A stretch of 64,000 nt of DNA from Clostridia bacterium (GTDB taxonomy: Bacteria; Bacillota; Clostridia; Monoglobales; Firm-18): NCBI GenBank assembly GCA_017397315.1, contig JAFQJA010000019.1, forward strand, positions 33,690 to 97,689. The letters are read 5' to 3'. Position numbers and translations under genes: made by a program. The notes beneath the pieces were generated by a model that ran no database searches, had not been told where the DNA came from, and saw only the letters and a program-made list of their open reading frames with translations. Position 1 is the first letter of the stretch. Every line of letters begins with the position of its first letter. Shown here one piece after another: positions 10,799-19,782 of the stretch.

Positions 10799-12595
10799 AT
10801 GTCAGATAACATTAGGAATTTTTGTATTATTGCCCATATCGACCACGGCAAGAGTACCCTTGCAGACAGACTTTTAGAGCACACGGGTGTTCTTACCGCA
10901 CGAGAGATGGAAGAACAGATTTTGGATAATATGGATTTGGAACGCGAAAGAGGAATTACCATTAAGGCAAGAGCCGTAAGGGTAGTTTATAACGCGCGCG
11001 ACGGCAAACAATACATTTTGAATTTAATAGATACCCCCGGACATGTGGATTTCAACTACGAGGTTTCAAGAAGCCTTGCGGCGTGCGAAGGGGCAGTTTT
11101 AGTTGTAGATGCTTCCCAGGGCATAGAGGCACAGACGCTTGCAAACACTTATCTTGCTATAGATAACAATCTTGAACTTGTACCTGTTATAAATAAAATC
11201 GATTTGCCTTCTGCACAGCCTCAGGTGGTAAAAGATGAAATTGAAAATGTTATAGGAATTCCTGCTCAGGACGCACCGCTTATTTCTGCGAAACAGGGAA
11301 TAGGAATAGAAGATGTTTTGGAAAAAATAGTTAATGATGTACCTCCGCCGTTGGGCGATATAAACAAGCCTTTGTCTGCACTTATTTTTGATTCGTATTA
11401 TGATGCTTATAAAGGTGTAATTATATACTGCCGTGTATTTGACGGACAGGTTAAAGTAGGAGATACTATAAGACTTATGGCAACGGGTAAAGAGTTTGAT
11501 GTTGTTGAAGTAGGGTATTTAAACCCTCTTGGTATGGTGCCGTCAAACATGCTGTCGGTTGGCGAAGTAGGATACATTGCAGCAAGTATTAAAAATGTTT
11601 CAGATACAAGAGTGGGCGACACTATTACGATTGCTCAAAACCCTGCCAAAGAGCCACTCGCGGGATACAGAAAAGTAAATCCTATGGTATTTTGCGGTAT
11701 TTACCCTGCAGATGGTGCTCACTACGAAGATTTGCGTGATGCATTAGGGAAATTGCAGTTAAATGATGCTTCGCTAAGTTTTGAGCCTGAAACTTCAATA
11801 GCATTGGGCTTTGGTTTCAGATGCGGTTTCTTGGGTCTTTTGCATATGGAAATTATACAGGAGCGTCTTGAAAGGGAATACAATCTTGATTTGGTTACTA
11901 CGGCGCCAAGCGTAATTTACCACTGCTTTAAAACTAATGGGGAGGAGATTGACATTGACAATCCCACAAACCTGCCTCCTGCGGTGGAAATTGCATATAT
12001 GGAAGAACCTATGGTTGATGCAAATATAATGCTTCCTACAGACTATGTAGGTAACATAATGGAACTTTGTCAACAAAGACGAGGCATATATAAGGATATG
12101 AAGTATCTTGACAGCACAAGAGTAACGCTTCATTATGAATTGCCTCTTAACGAAATAATATATGACTTTTTTGATGCGTTAAAATCACGCACAAAAGGTT
12201 ATGCATCTTTTGACTATGAACTTTGCGGTTATCAGCGTTCTACCCTTGTTAAACTTGATATGCTTTTAAACGGCGAGATGGTAGACGCGTTAAGTCTTAT
12301 TGTTCATACAGATAAAGCATACGAAAGAGGACGCAGAATTGCGGAAAAACTAAAAGAAGCAATACCGAGACAGTTGTTTGAAATACCTATTCAGGCAGCG
12401 GTAGGAAGTAAGATTATTGCAAGGGAAACTGTTAAAGCAATGAGAAAAGATGTACTTGCAAAATGCTACGGCGGTGATATTACCCGTAAGAAAAAACTTC
12501 TTGAAAAACAAAAGGAGGGTAAAAAGCGTATGCGACAGGTGGGCTCTGTGGAAGTACCGCAGGAAGCCTTTATGTCGGTGCTTAAACTTGACTGA
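10799..12595 (+). CDS. lepA: Translation elongation factor 4
   Basis: [28 protein letters not shown] and [18 protein letters not shown]. Confidence 0.98.
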   Translation: MSDNIRNFCIIAHIDHGKSTLADRLLEHTGVLTAREMEEQILDNMDLERERGITIKARAVRVVYNARDGKQYILNLIDTPGHVDFNYEVSRSLAACEGAVLVVDASQGIEAQTLANTYLAIDNNLELVPVINKIDLPSAQPQVVKDEIENVIGIPAQDAPLISAKQGIGIEDVLEKIVNDVPPPLGDINKPLSALIFDSYYDAYKGVIIYCRVFDGQVKVGDTIRLMATGKEFDVVEVGYLNPLGMVPSNMLSVGEVGYIAASIKNVSDTRVGDTITIAQNPAKEPLAGYRKVNPMVFCGIYPADGAHYEDLRDALGKLQLNDASLSFEPETSIALGFGFRCGFLGLLHMEIIQERLEREYNLDLVTTAPSVIYHCFKTNGEEIDIDNPTNLPPAVEIAYMEEPMVDANIMLPTDYVGNIMELCQQRRGIYKDMKYLDSTRVTLHYELPLNEIIYDFFDALKSRTKGYASFDYELCGYQRSTLVKLDMLLNGEMVDALSLIVHTDKAYERGRRIAEKLKEAIPRQLFEIPIQAAVGSKIIARETVKAMRKDVLAKCYGGDITRKKKLLEKQKEGKKRMRQVGSVEVPQEAFMSVLKLD

Positions 12596-12596
12596 T

Positions 12597-13679
12597 ATGA
12601 TTGGTGTATATGTTCACATACCCTTTTGTGTGAAAAAATGCAACTACTGTGATTTTAATTCTTTTGATAACAAAAATTCTTTGAAACAAAGATATGCCGA
12701 GAAAATTATCGAAGAAATTAACAACTTTGAGGGCGATTTAAACGCCGACACGGTGTTTTTTGGCGGTGGTACTCCTACAGCCCTTGAGCAGGATTTGTTG
12801 CAAAGAATAATACTTGCAGTAAACAATAAATTTAATACAACCGATTGTGAATTTTCTATGGAAGCAAACCCCGCTACGATAAATAGTGAGGGTTTGCTTT
12901 TGTTACATAAAAACGGAGTAAACAGGTTAAGTATCGGTCTGCAGTCTGCAAACAATGACGAATTAAAAGCCCTTGGAAGAATACATTGTTTTGAAGATTT
13001 TGTTTCTACTTATTGTATGGCAAGAGAAGCGGGTTTTGATAACATAAACACAGATATTATGTTTGGTATACCAAACCAGACGCTTGATTCTTTTAAAAGA
13101 ACACTGGAGGAAGTAGTTAAACTTAAACCTGAGCATGTTTCGTGTTATTCGCTGATAATAGAACAGGGAACCCCATTTTATAATATGAACCTTAATTTGC
13201 CTGACGAAGAAACGGAACGGAAAATGTATTATTATGCAGTATCATATCTGCAACAAAACGGATATATTCAGTACGAGATTTCAAACTTTGCAAAAAAAAG
13301 TATGCAGTGCAGGCACAACATAAAATATTGGGAAAGAAAGAATTATGTGGGTTTTGGTGCAGGTGCAAGTTCGTTAATTGAAAATGTGCGGTATAAAAAT
13401 TCCGAAAAACTGATACAATATATTGAGAATAATATGCCTGAAAAAGAAATTCTTACTATGTCTGACGCTTTGGCTGAACATATTTTTTTAGGACTTCGAA
13501 AAACGGATGGTTTTAATATAAAAGAAACAGAACGCCTTTACAACATAGAGTTTTATCAAAAATACAAGACGGTAATTGACAAATACTTAAAGTTGAATTT
13601 AATTACTTACGGAGAAAATATGGCACTTACCAAAGAGGGAGTAAGTGTTTCGAATATTATTATGTCAGACTTTATGTAA
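12597..13679 (+). CDS. hemW: Radical SAM heme chaperone HemW (HemN-like)
   Basis: YVHIPFCVKKCNYCDF, GGGTPT and YEISNF; canonical lepA-hemW-hrcA order. Start taken as the ATG at 12597. Confidence 0.9.
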   Translation: MIGVYVHIPFCVKKCNYCDFNSFDNKNSLKQRYAEKIIEEINNFEGDLNADTVFFGGGTPTALEQDLLQRIILAVNNKFNTTDCEFSMEANPATINSEGLLLLHKNGVNRLSIGLQSANNDELKALGRIHCFEDFVSTYCMAREAGFDNINTDIMFGIPNQTLDSFKRTLEEVVKLKPEHVSCYSLIIEQGTPFYNMNLNLPDEETERKMYYYAVSYLQQNGYIQYEISNFAKKSMQCRHNIKYWERKNYVGFGAGASSLIENVRYKNSEKLIQYIENNMPEKEILTMSDALAEHIFLGLRKTDGFNIKETERLYNIEFYQKYKTVIDKYLKLNLITYGENMALTKEGVSVSNIIMSDFM

Positions 13680-13697
13680 AATTTTTCAAAAAAAGTA

Positions 13698-13726
13698 TTG
13701 ACAAATAAAAAAAATAGTGGTATCTT
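13698..13726 (+). promoter_or_regulatory. sigma-A promoter of the hrcA-dnaK operon
   Basis: TTGACA (13698-13703), 17-bp spacer, TGn-TATCTT (13721-13726). Confidence 0.8.
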
Positions 13727-13737
13727 ATAACTAGTGA

Positions 13738-13764
13738 TTAGCACTCGCTTCAAAAGAGTGCTAA
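13738..13764 (+). promoter_or_regulatory. CIRCE element (HrcA operator)
   Basis: Perfect TTAGCACTC-N9-GAGTGCTAA. Confidence 0.98.
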
Positions 13765-13791
13765 CAAATTAACGGTTAAGGAGGTGCAGGT

Positions 13792-14835
13792 ATGGATTTA
13801 GGCGAAAGAAAAAAGAAAATACTTGGTGCAGTAATTGAACACTATATCCGTACTGCAGAGCCGGTTGGTTCCCGCACCATTTCGAAACTTGATGAGTTGG
13901 GCGTAAGTTCTGCCACAATAAGAAATGAAATGGCAGATTTGGAAGAAATGGGACTTTTAACACAACCTCACACTTCGGCAGGGCGTATTCCTTCAACTAT
14001 GGGCTACAGAACTTATGTTGACAGACTTATGAAAAGATACGAGTTTTCTGTTTCCGAAATAAACAGACTTCGATCTTTGATGGAATTGGAGTTGACAGAA
14101 GTTGACACAATGATAAAAGAGCTTACAAATATTTATTCTTACCTTACAAACTATACTATTGTTGGGTCATCTGCAGGCAACAGCAACGGATACATTAAAA
14201 ATTTTCATATGGTACAGATTGATAGAAATTCGGCGTTGCTTATAGTTGTAACAGACAAGAATATCGTTAAAAACAAAAAGATTGATTTTGACTGCGATAT
14301 TGACAGCACCGTTACGGAACAGATATCCAATATGTTGAATGAGAATCTGGCTGGAGTTATAAAAAGTAAAATTAATCTTGACAAGATATATGAAATTCAG
14401 GCAGAGATGGATAAATACAAAACGGTACTCTTACCTGTACTTAATTTTGTGAATGAATGTATCGAGTCTTTAGACAATTCAGAAGTGTTTATAAGCGGAG
14501 CATCAAAATTACTTGATTTCCCCGAATACAGCAATGTTCAAAAGGCAAAAGAACTTCTTGAGTTTTTAGATAACAAAGAGAATTTGCACAGAATGGCGGC
14601 AAGTGTTGACAATGCTGATGTAAAAATTATTATCGGCAGTGAAAATGATGCCCTTGAATTAAAAGACTGTTCCATTGTGCTTTCGTCGTACAGCATCAAA
14701 GGAAAAGGTACCGGCACAATCGGATTTATTGGCCCTACCAGAATGAATTATTCCAAAGCGGTATCCACTTTGAAACTGCTTACGGGGCAAATAGATAAAC
14801 TAACATCTAACAAAGAACCGGAGGGTGAGAAATGA
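13792..14835 (+). CDS. hrcA: Heat-inducible transcription repressor HrcA
   Basis: EPVGSR, SSATIRNEMADLE, HTSAGRIP and IGPTRMNY; preceded by CIRCE. Confidence 0.97.
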   Translation: MDLGERKKKILGAVIEHYIRTAEPVGSRTISKLDELGVSSATIRNEMADLEEMGLLTQPHTSAGRIPSTMGYRTYVDRLMKRYEFSVSEINRLRSLMELELTEVDTMIKELTNIYSYLTNYTIVGSSAGNSNGYIKNFHMVQIDRNSALLIVVTDKNIVKNKKIDFDCDIDSTVTEQISNMLNENLAGVIKSKINLDKIYEIQAEMDKYKTVLLPVLNFVNECIESLDNSEVFISGASKLLDFPEYSNVQKAKELLEFLDNKENLHRMAASVDNADVKIIIGSENDALELKDCSIVLSSYSIKGKGTGTIGFIGPTRMNYSKAVSTLKLLTGQIDKLTSNKEPEGEK

Positions 14836-15323
14836 CAGAAGAAATAAAAAAAGAAACAGCGGAAGAAGTTGTTCAAGAAACAACAGAAGAAACAACTGAA
14901 GAAACCGCTACCGTGGAAAAAGAGTTAAACGACAAATATTTAAGACTTATGGCAGAGTTTGACAACTTTAAAAAAAGAACTGCCAAGGAGAAAACACAGA
15001 TTTACACAATCGCAGCTGCAGAGGTGGTAGAAGCAATACTTCCGGTACTTGATAACTTTGAAAGAGCGGTAGCAGACAAAGACAATGTAAGTTACGACGG
15101 AATAGTATTAATAAAAAGACAGTTTGACGAAATACTTGAAAAACTTGGTGTTAAAGTTATTGAATCAGTTGGCAAACCCTTAAATCCTGAAGTTCATAAC
15201 GCAGTAATGCATATTGACGATGAAAACATCGAGGGGGAAAGCATTATAGTTGAGGAATTCGGAAAAGGGTATATGTATAAAGAAAAAGTAATAAGACATT
15301 CCACAGTAAAAGTGGCTAATTAA
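14832..15323 (+). CDS. grpE: Nucleotide exchange factor GrpE
   Basis: YLRLMAEFDNFKKR and LPVLDNFERA; operon position. Confidence 0.96.
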   Translation: MTEEIKKETAEEVVQETTEETTEETATVEKELNDKYLRLMAEFDNFKKRTAKEKTQIYTIAAAEVVEAILPVLDNFERAVADKDNVSYDGIVLIKRQFDEILEKLGVKVIESVGKPLNPEVHNAVMHIDDENIEGESIIVEEFGKGYMYKEKVIRHSTVKVAN

Positions 15324-15339
15324 AAGGAGGAAATTGATT

Positions 15340-17154
15340 ATGAGCAAAATTATAGGTATTGATTTGGGTACTACAAATTCATGTGTAGCAGTTATGTAAG
15401 GCGGAGAGCCTGTTGTTATACCAAATGCTGAGGGTGCAAGAACTACCTCATCAGTTGTAGCATTCGCTAAAAACGGCGAAAGACTTGTTGGACAGATTGC
15501 AAAACGCCAGGCAGTAACAAATCCTGACAGAACAATCAGTTCAATCAAAAGAGATATGGGTACAGACAGACGCGTTTCTATTGACGACAAAAAATTCTCG
15601 CCCCCTGAAATTTCAGCAATGATTTTACAAAAACTAAAGGCGGATGCAGAAAGTTACCTGGGCGAAACAGTAACACAGGCGGTTATAACAGTCCCTGCAT
15701 ATTTTAATGACTCACAGCGTCAGGCTACAAAAGACGCAGGTAAAATTGCAGGTCTTGAAGTATTAAGAATTATAAACGAGCCGACTGCCGCAGCACTTGC
15801 TTACGGTCTTGACAAAGATAACGACCAGAAAATTATGGTATATGATTTGGGCGGAGGTACATTTGATGTATCAATTCTTGAAATCGGCGACGGCGTGTTT
15901 GAAGTTCTGGCAACAAGCGGTAACAACAAACTTGGCGGTGATGACTTTGACCAGAAAATCGTTGACTATTTAGCAGATGAATTCAAAAAAGAAAACGGAA
16001 CAGATTTAAGAAACGACAAAATGGCGTTACAAAGATTAACAGAAGCAGCAGAAAAAGCAAAAATCGACTTATCAGGAGTTGCTTCGGTAAATGTTAACTT
16101 GCCTTATATTACTGCAGATGCTACAGGTCCAAAACACTTGGATGTTACAATCACAAGAGCAAAATTCAATGAATTAACTGCAGATTTGGTTGAAAAAACA
16201 ATGGAACCCGTAAGAACTGCACTAAAAGATTCAGGCTTAACACCAAGCCAGATTGATAAAGTGTTATTAGTGGGCGGTTCAACAAGAATTCCTGCAGTAG
16301 TAGATGCAGTTAAAAACATTACGGGTAAAGAACCGTCAAAAGGCATTAACCCTGACGAATGTGTTGCAGTTGGTGCAGCAATTCAGGGTGGTGTTTTAGG
16401 CGGAGATGTTAAAGGTTTGTTGTTGCTTGATGTTACACCTTTATCACTTGGTATTGAAACAGAAGGTGGTATCTGCAATAAGATTATCGAAAGAAACACA
16501 ACGATTCCCACAAAGAAAAGCAGGATTTACTCAACCGCTGCGGACAATCAGACAAGTGTTACAATTAATGTACTTCAGGGCGAGCGTGAAATGGCTGCAT
16601 ACAACAAGTCATTGGGAAGATTTGAACTGTCAAATATCCCTCCTGCACCAAGAGGAGTTCCTCAAATCGAAGTAACATTTGACATTGATGCTAACGGTAT
16701 TGTAAATGTATCTGCAAAAGATTTAGGTACAGGTACAGTTCAGAAAATTACAATTACCGCAAGTTCAAACTTAAGTGAAGAAGAAATTGAAAAAGCGGTA
16801 AAAGATGCTGAAAAATTTGCAGACGAAGATAAGGCTGCAAAAGAGAAAATCGAAGTAAAAAACAATGCAGAACACCTTGTGTTCCAGACAGAAAAAACAT
16901 TAAATGATTTGGGCGACAAAATTTCTGCAGACGAAAAAGCAGGTATTACCGCTGAAATTGAAAAATTAAAAGAAGTAATTAAAACTGACGATACAGAAAA
17001 AATTAAAACGGCAACAGATGAACTTACAAAGAAATTCTACGAGATTTCACAAAAATTGTACCAGCAGGCACAGCCTGAAGGTGGACCACAGGCAGGACCT
17101 CAGGACGACGGTACGGTTGATGCAGAATTTACTGTTGACGAAGACAACAAATAA
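15340..17154 (+). pseudogene. dnaK: Chaperone DnaK with an in-frame TAA at codon 20 (true pseudogene or sequencing error)
   Basis: SD AAGGAGG, then ATG at 15340: [31 protein letters not shown]..., in frame with ORF 15556..17154 ([19 protein letters not shown]). The stop is at 15397-15399. Confidence 0.9.
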
Positions 17155-17162
17155 TAATTAAC

Positions 17163-17197
17163 CAATTATCTCAGGCGGTTTTCCGCCTGAGTAATTG
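17163..17197 (+). terminator. Hairpin between dnaK and dnaJ (partial terminator or mRNA stabiliser)
   Basis: CTCAGGCGG-TTTT-CCGCCTGAG flanked by CAATTA/TAATTG; weak U-tract. Confidence 0.7.
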
Positions 17198-17217
17198 TTG
17201 TTAAAGGGGTGAGTGTT

Positions 17218-18357
17218 TTGGCAGATAAAAGAGATTATTATGAAGTCTTAGGGGTTTCCAAAGGTGCTTCTGACGATGAAATAAAAAAAGCATACAGAAA
17301 AAAAGCAAAGGAATTTCACCCTGACTTACATCCTGGTGATAAAAAAGCCGAAGCAAGTTTTAAAGAGGTAAATGAAGCTTACGCCATATTAAGCGACGAA
17401 GATAAAAGAAGAAAGTATGATCAGTTTGGTCATGCAGGTGTCGATGAAAATGGTATGGGCGGATTTGGCGGATTTGGCGGATTTGGCGATATGGACTTTG
17501 ATTTGGGCGATATTTTCGGTTCTTTCTTTGGAGGCGGTTCCCGTGGTGGCGGAAGACAAAACGGCCCAAGAAAAGGTGCGGATATTCAGCAAAATCTTGT
17601 ACTTACATTTGAACAGGCTGCAAAAGGTTATGAAGCCAAAATTGATGTTATTTGTACTGAGGAATGTCTTGATTGCCGTGGTACCGGTGCAAAAGGCGGT
17701 AAAGCTATCGAGACTTGTCCCAACTGTAACGGCTCAGGTCAGGTAAGACAACAGCAAAGAACACCTTTTGGCGTGTTCCAAAATGTTACTACTTGTTCAA
17801 ATTGCCGTGGTACAGGTAAAATAATAAAAGAACGCTGTGAAAAATGTAACGGAAAAGGCAAAGTTTCAAGAAGAAAGACCATAAATGTTAAAGTTCCCGC
17901 AGGTATTGACCATGGTCAGATAATTACTGTAAGAGGTGAGGGAAATCACGGAGTAAACGGTGGTCCCGCAGGTGATGTGTATTTAACTATTACCATTATG
18001 CCACACAAGTTCTTTAGCCGTGATGGATACAATGTTCATTGTACTGTCCCTGTTACTTTTGTTGAAGCAACTTTGGGTGCTGAGGTTGAAGTTCCTACAC
18101 TTAACGGTAAAGCGAAGATAAAAATTCCTGAAGGTACTCAAAACGGTACTGTCTTCAGATTAAGAGGAGAGGGAATAAGCAAACTTCGAAATCCCGGAAC
18201 AGGCGACCAACTTGTTAAAATTATTGTTGAAACACCCAGACAGTTAAATGCAGAACAGAAGAAATTGTTAAAAGCATTCGGCGACAGTATGGGTATTAAA
18301 AACCATCAGGAAAAGAAGTCATTCTTTGAAAAAATGAAAGATAATAAAAAGAAATAG
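17218..18357 (+). CDS. dnaJ: Chaperone DnaJ
   Basis: KRDYYEVLG, HPD, a G/F-rich region and four CxxCxGxG repeats. Probable TTG start at 17218. Confidence 0.97.
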   Translation: MADKRDYYEVLGVSKGASDDEIKKAYRKKAKEFHPDLHPGDKKAEASFKEVNEAYAILSDEDKRRKYDQFGHAGVDENGMGGFGGFGGFGDMDFDLGDIFGSFFGGGSRGGGRQNGPRKGADIQQNLVLTFEQAAKGYEAKIDVICTEECLDCRGTGAKGGKAIETCPNCNGSGQVRQQQRTPFGVFQNVTTCSNCRGTGKIIKERCEKCNGKGKVSRRKTINVKVPAGIDHGQIITVRGEGNHGVNGGPAGDVYLTITIMPHKFFSRDGYNVHCTVPVTFVEATLGAEVEVPTLNGKAKIKIPEGTQNGTVFRLRGEGISKLRNPGTGDQLVKIIVETPRQLNAEQKKLLKAFGDSMGIKNHQEKKSFFEKMKDNKKK

Positions 18358-18365
18358 GTGAATAA

Positions 18366-19298
18366 ATGGACAGTTACAACCAGATTAAAGTTACCATTCC
18401 TGTTTGCGATTTGCAACTTGCGTCAGATGTTATGACTATGATGAATTTTACCGGCGGAATAATGATTGAAGATTATTCTGATATTGATGCATGCCCCTGG
18501 GATTATGTGGATACGGAAATTTTGGGAAAGGACAGAACAACTGCCTCGGTCAGTGGTTTTGTACCAAGCGGTGAAGAAATTTTACCTGTGATTGAACAGT
18601 TAAAATTGTTGTTGCCTGCAAACGCAAAAATTGATGTTATAACAGTTGAACAAAGCGACTGGGCAAACAACTGGAAAAAGTATTACAAGCCCGTGAGAGT
18701 GGGGAAAAACATTGTAATTAAACCTTCATGGGAGCAATACGACAAAAAGGAAACAGATGTTATTGTGGAACTCGACCCGGGAATGGCATTTGGTACAGGC
18801 ACTCACGAAACAACAAGAATGTGTATGGAACTGTTAGAAAGGGTTGTAAAGCCTGACACTTCCGTATTAGATGTTGGTTGCGGAAGTGGTATTTTGTCTA
18901 TAACTTCACTTCTGATAGGTGCTAAAAATGCCGTGGGGGTTGACATTGACCCCGTGGCAGTTTGCGTCGCTGTAGAAAACGGTGAAAGAAATAATTTTAC
19001 AAAACCCAGATATGTTATTAAAAAAGGAAACCTTGTTGATGAAATAGATGGGAAATTTGATATAGCAGTTGCAAACATTGTTGCAGATGCAATAATTATG
19101 CTTTGCCCTGATGTTTTTCGTTTTATTAAAGACGACGGATACTTTATATGTTCGGGAATTATTGAGGACAGAATAGAAGATGTCAAAGAAAAATTAATCA
19201 GCGAGGGTTACAAAATAGAAGAAGTATTGCGACAGGGAGAATGGTGTGCAATGCTTTGCGAAAGGGATGTAAAAAAAGTCCAGACAGCAAAAAGGTAA
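18366..19298 (+). CDS. prmA: Ribosomal protein L11 methyltransferase; the last 11 residues and the stop come from the adjacent repeat element
   Basis: DPGMAFGTGTHETT, VLDVGCGSGILS and ANI; follows dnaJ. Confidence 0.95.
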   Translation: MDSYNQIKVTIPVCDLQLASDVMTMMNFTGGIMIEDYSDIDACPWDYVDTEILGKDRTTASVSGFVPSGEEILPVIEQLKLLLPANAKIDVITVEQSDWANNWKKYYKPVRVGKNIVIKPSWEQYDKKETDVIVELDPGMAFGTGTHETTRMCMELLERVVKPDTSVLDVGCGSGILSITSLLIGAKNAVGVDIDPVAVCVAVENGERNNFTKPRYVIKKGNLVDEIDGKFDIAVANIVADAIIMLCPDVFRFIKDDGYFICSGIIEDRIEDVKEKLISEGYKIEEVLRQGEWCAMLCERDVKKVQTAKR

Positions 19299-19497
19299 GT
19301 ATAAATATAATCTCTATTATAAAAAGTTGGAAATTTTATAATTTTTGTTGTATATGTTGAAAAAGGTCGTACGACCTTTTTCTTTTGTTTTATACCTTTT
19401 TGCTATAAGCAAACTTCACCTCTCGACGAACCTTTGTACGCCTTCGTGTAACCCCTGCGGGTTCAGTTTGCTCATTCTGCCTTTTTTTCTGTCCCTT
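19262..19497. mobile_element. Structured MITE-like repeat, copy 1
   Basis: Ends AAGGGATGTAAAAAAAG...CTTTTTTTCTGTCCCTT. Bases 19389-19449 match 34151-34211 at 50/61 ungapped positions. Nested inverted repeats. Confidence 0.7.
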
Positions 19498-19503
19498 AAA
19501 TAA

Positions 19504-19539
19504 AAAAAGACTCATATCCTTTTGGATATGAGCCTTTTT
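19504..19539. terminator. Bidirectional intrinsic terminator
   Basis: AAAAAGACTCATATCC-TTTT-GGATATGAGCCTTTTT between convergent transcription units. Confidence 0.85.
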
Positions 19540-19542
19540 AAA

Positions 19543-19770
19543 TTAGTTAATATAGGGTTTCAATTCTTCGTAAAGCGGGTCAGCATTGTCGCTGTGAATT
19601 TCGACTTTAATTGGCTTTGCAAGGTCCAAAGAAAAAATACCCATAATTGATTTTGCATCAACGATGTATCTTCCTGATATTAAGTCAACATCGTATGAGT
19701 ATTTGCTTACAATGTTAACAAATGATTTTACATCATTAATTGAAGATAAAAGAATGTTAAATGTTTTCAT
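19543..19770 (-). CDS. HPr-family protein lacking His15 and retaining the Ser46 motif
   Basis: VDAKSIMGIFSL motif; no GLHARPA motif; SD GGAGG. Confidence 0.85.
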   Translation of the reverse strand: MKTFNILLSSINDVKSFVNIVSKYSYDVDLISGRYIVDAKSIMGIFSLDLAKPIKVEIHSDNADPLYEELKPYIN

Positions 19771-19782
19771 ATTGAATTCCTC

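Noticed and set aside
14835-14910. GAAGAAAC-like repeats at the start of grpE
   Set aside because: Low-complexity Glu/Thr-rich N-terminus typical of GrpE.
15397-15399. Stop-codon reassignment or programmed read-through in dnaK
   Set aside because: TAA terminates most genes in the window, and no other gene shows an internal stop.
17458-17487. Tandem 9-bp repeat (GGCGGATTT)x3 in dnaJ
   Set aside because: Encodes the normal GGF repeats of the G/F-rich linker; in frame and not a contingency locus.
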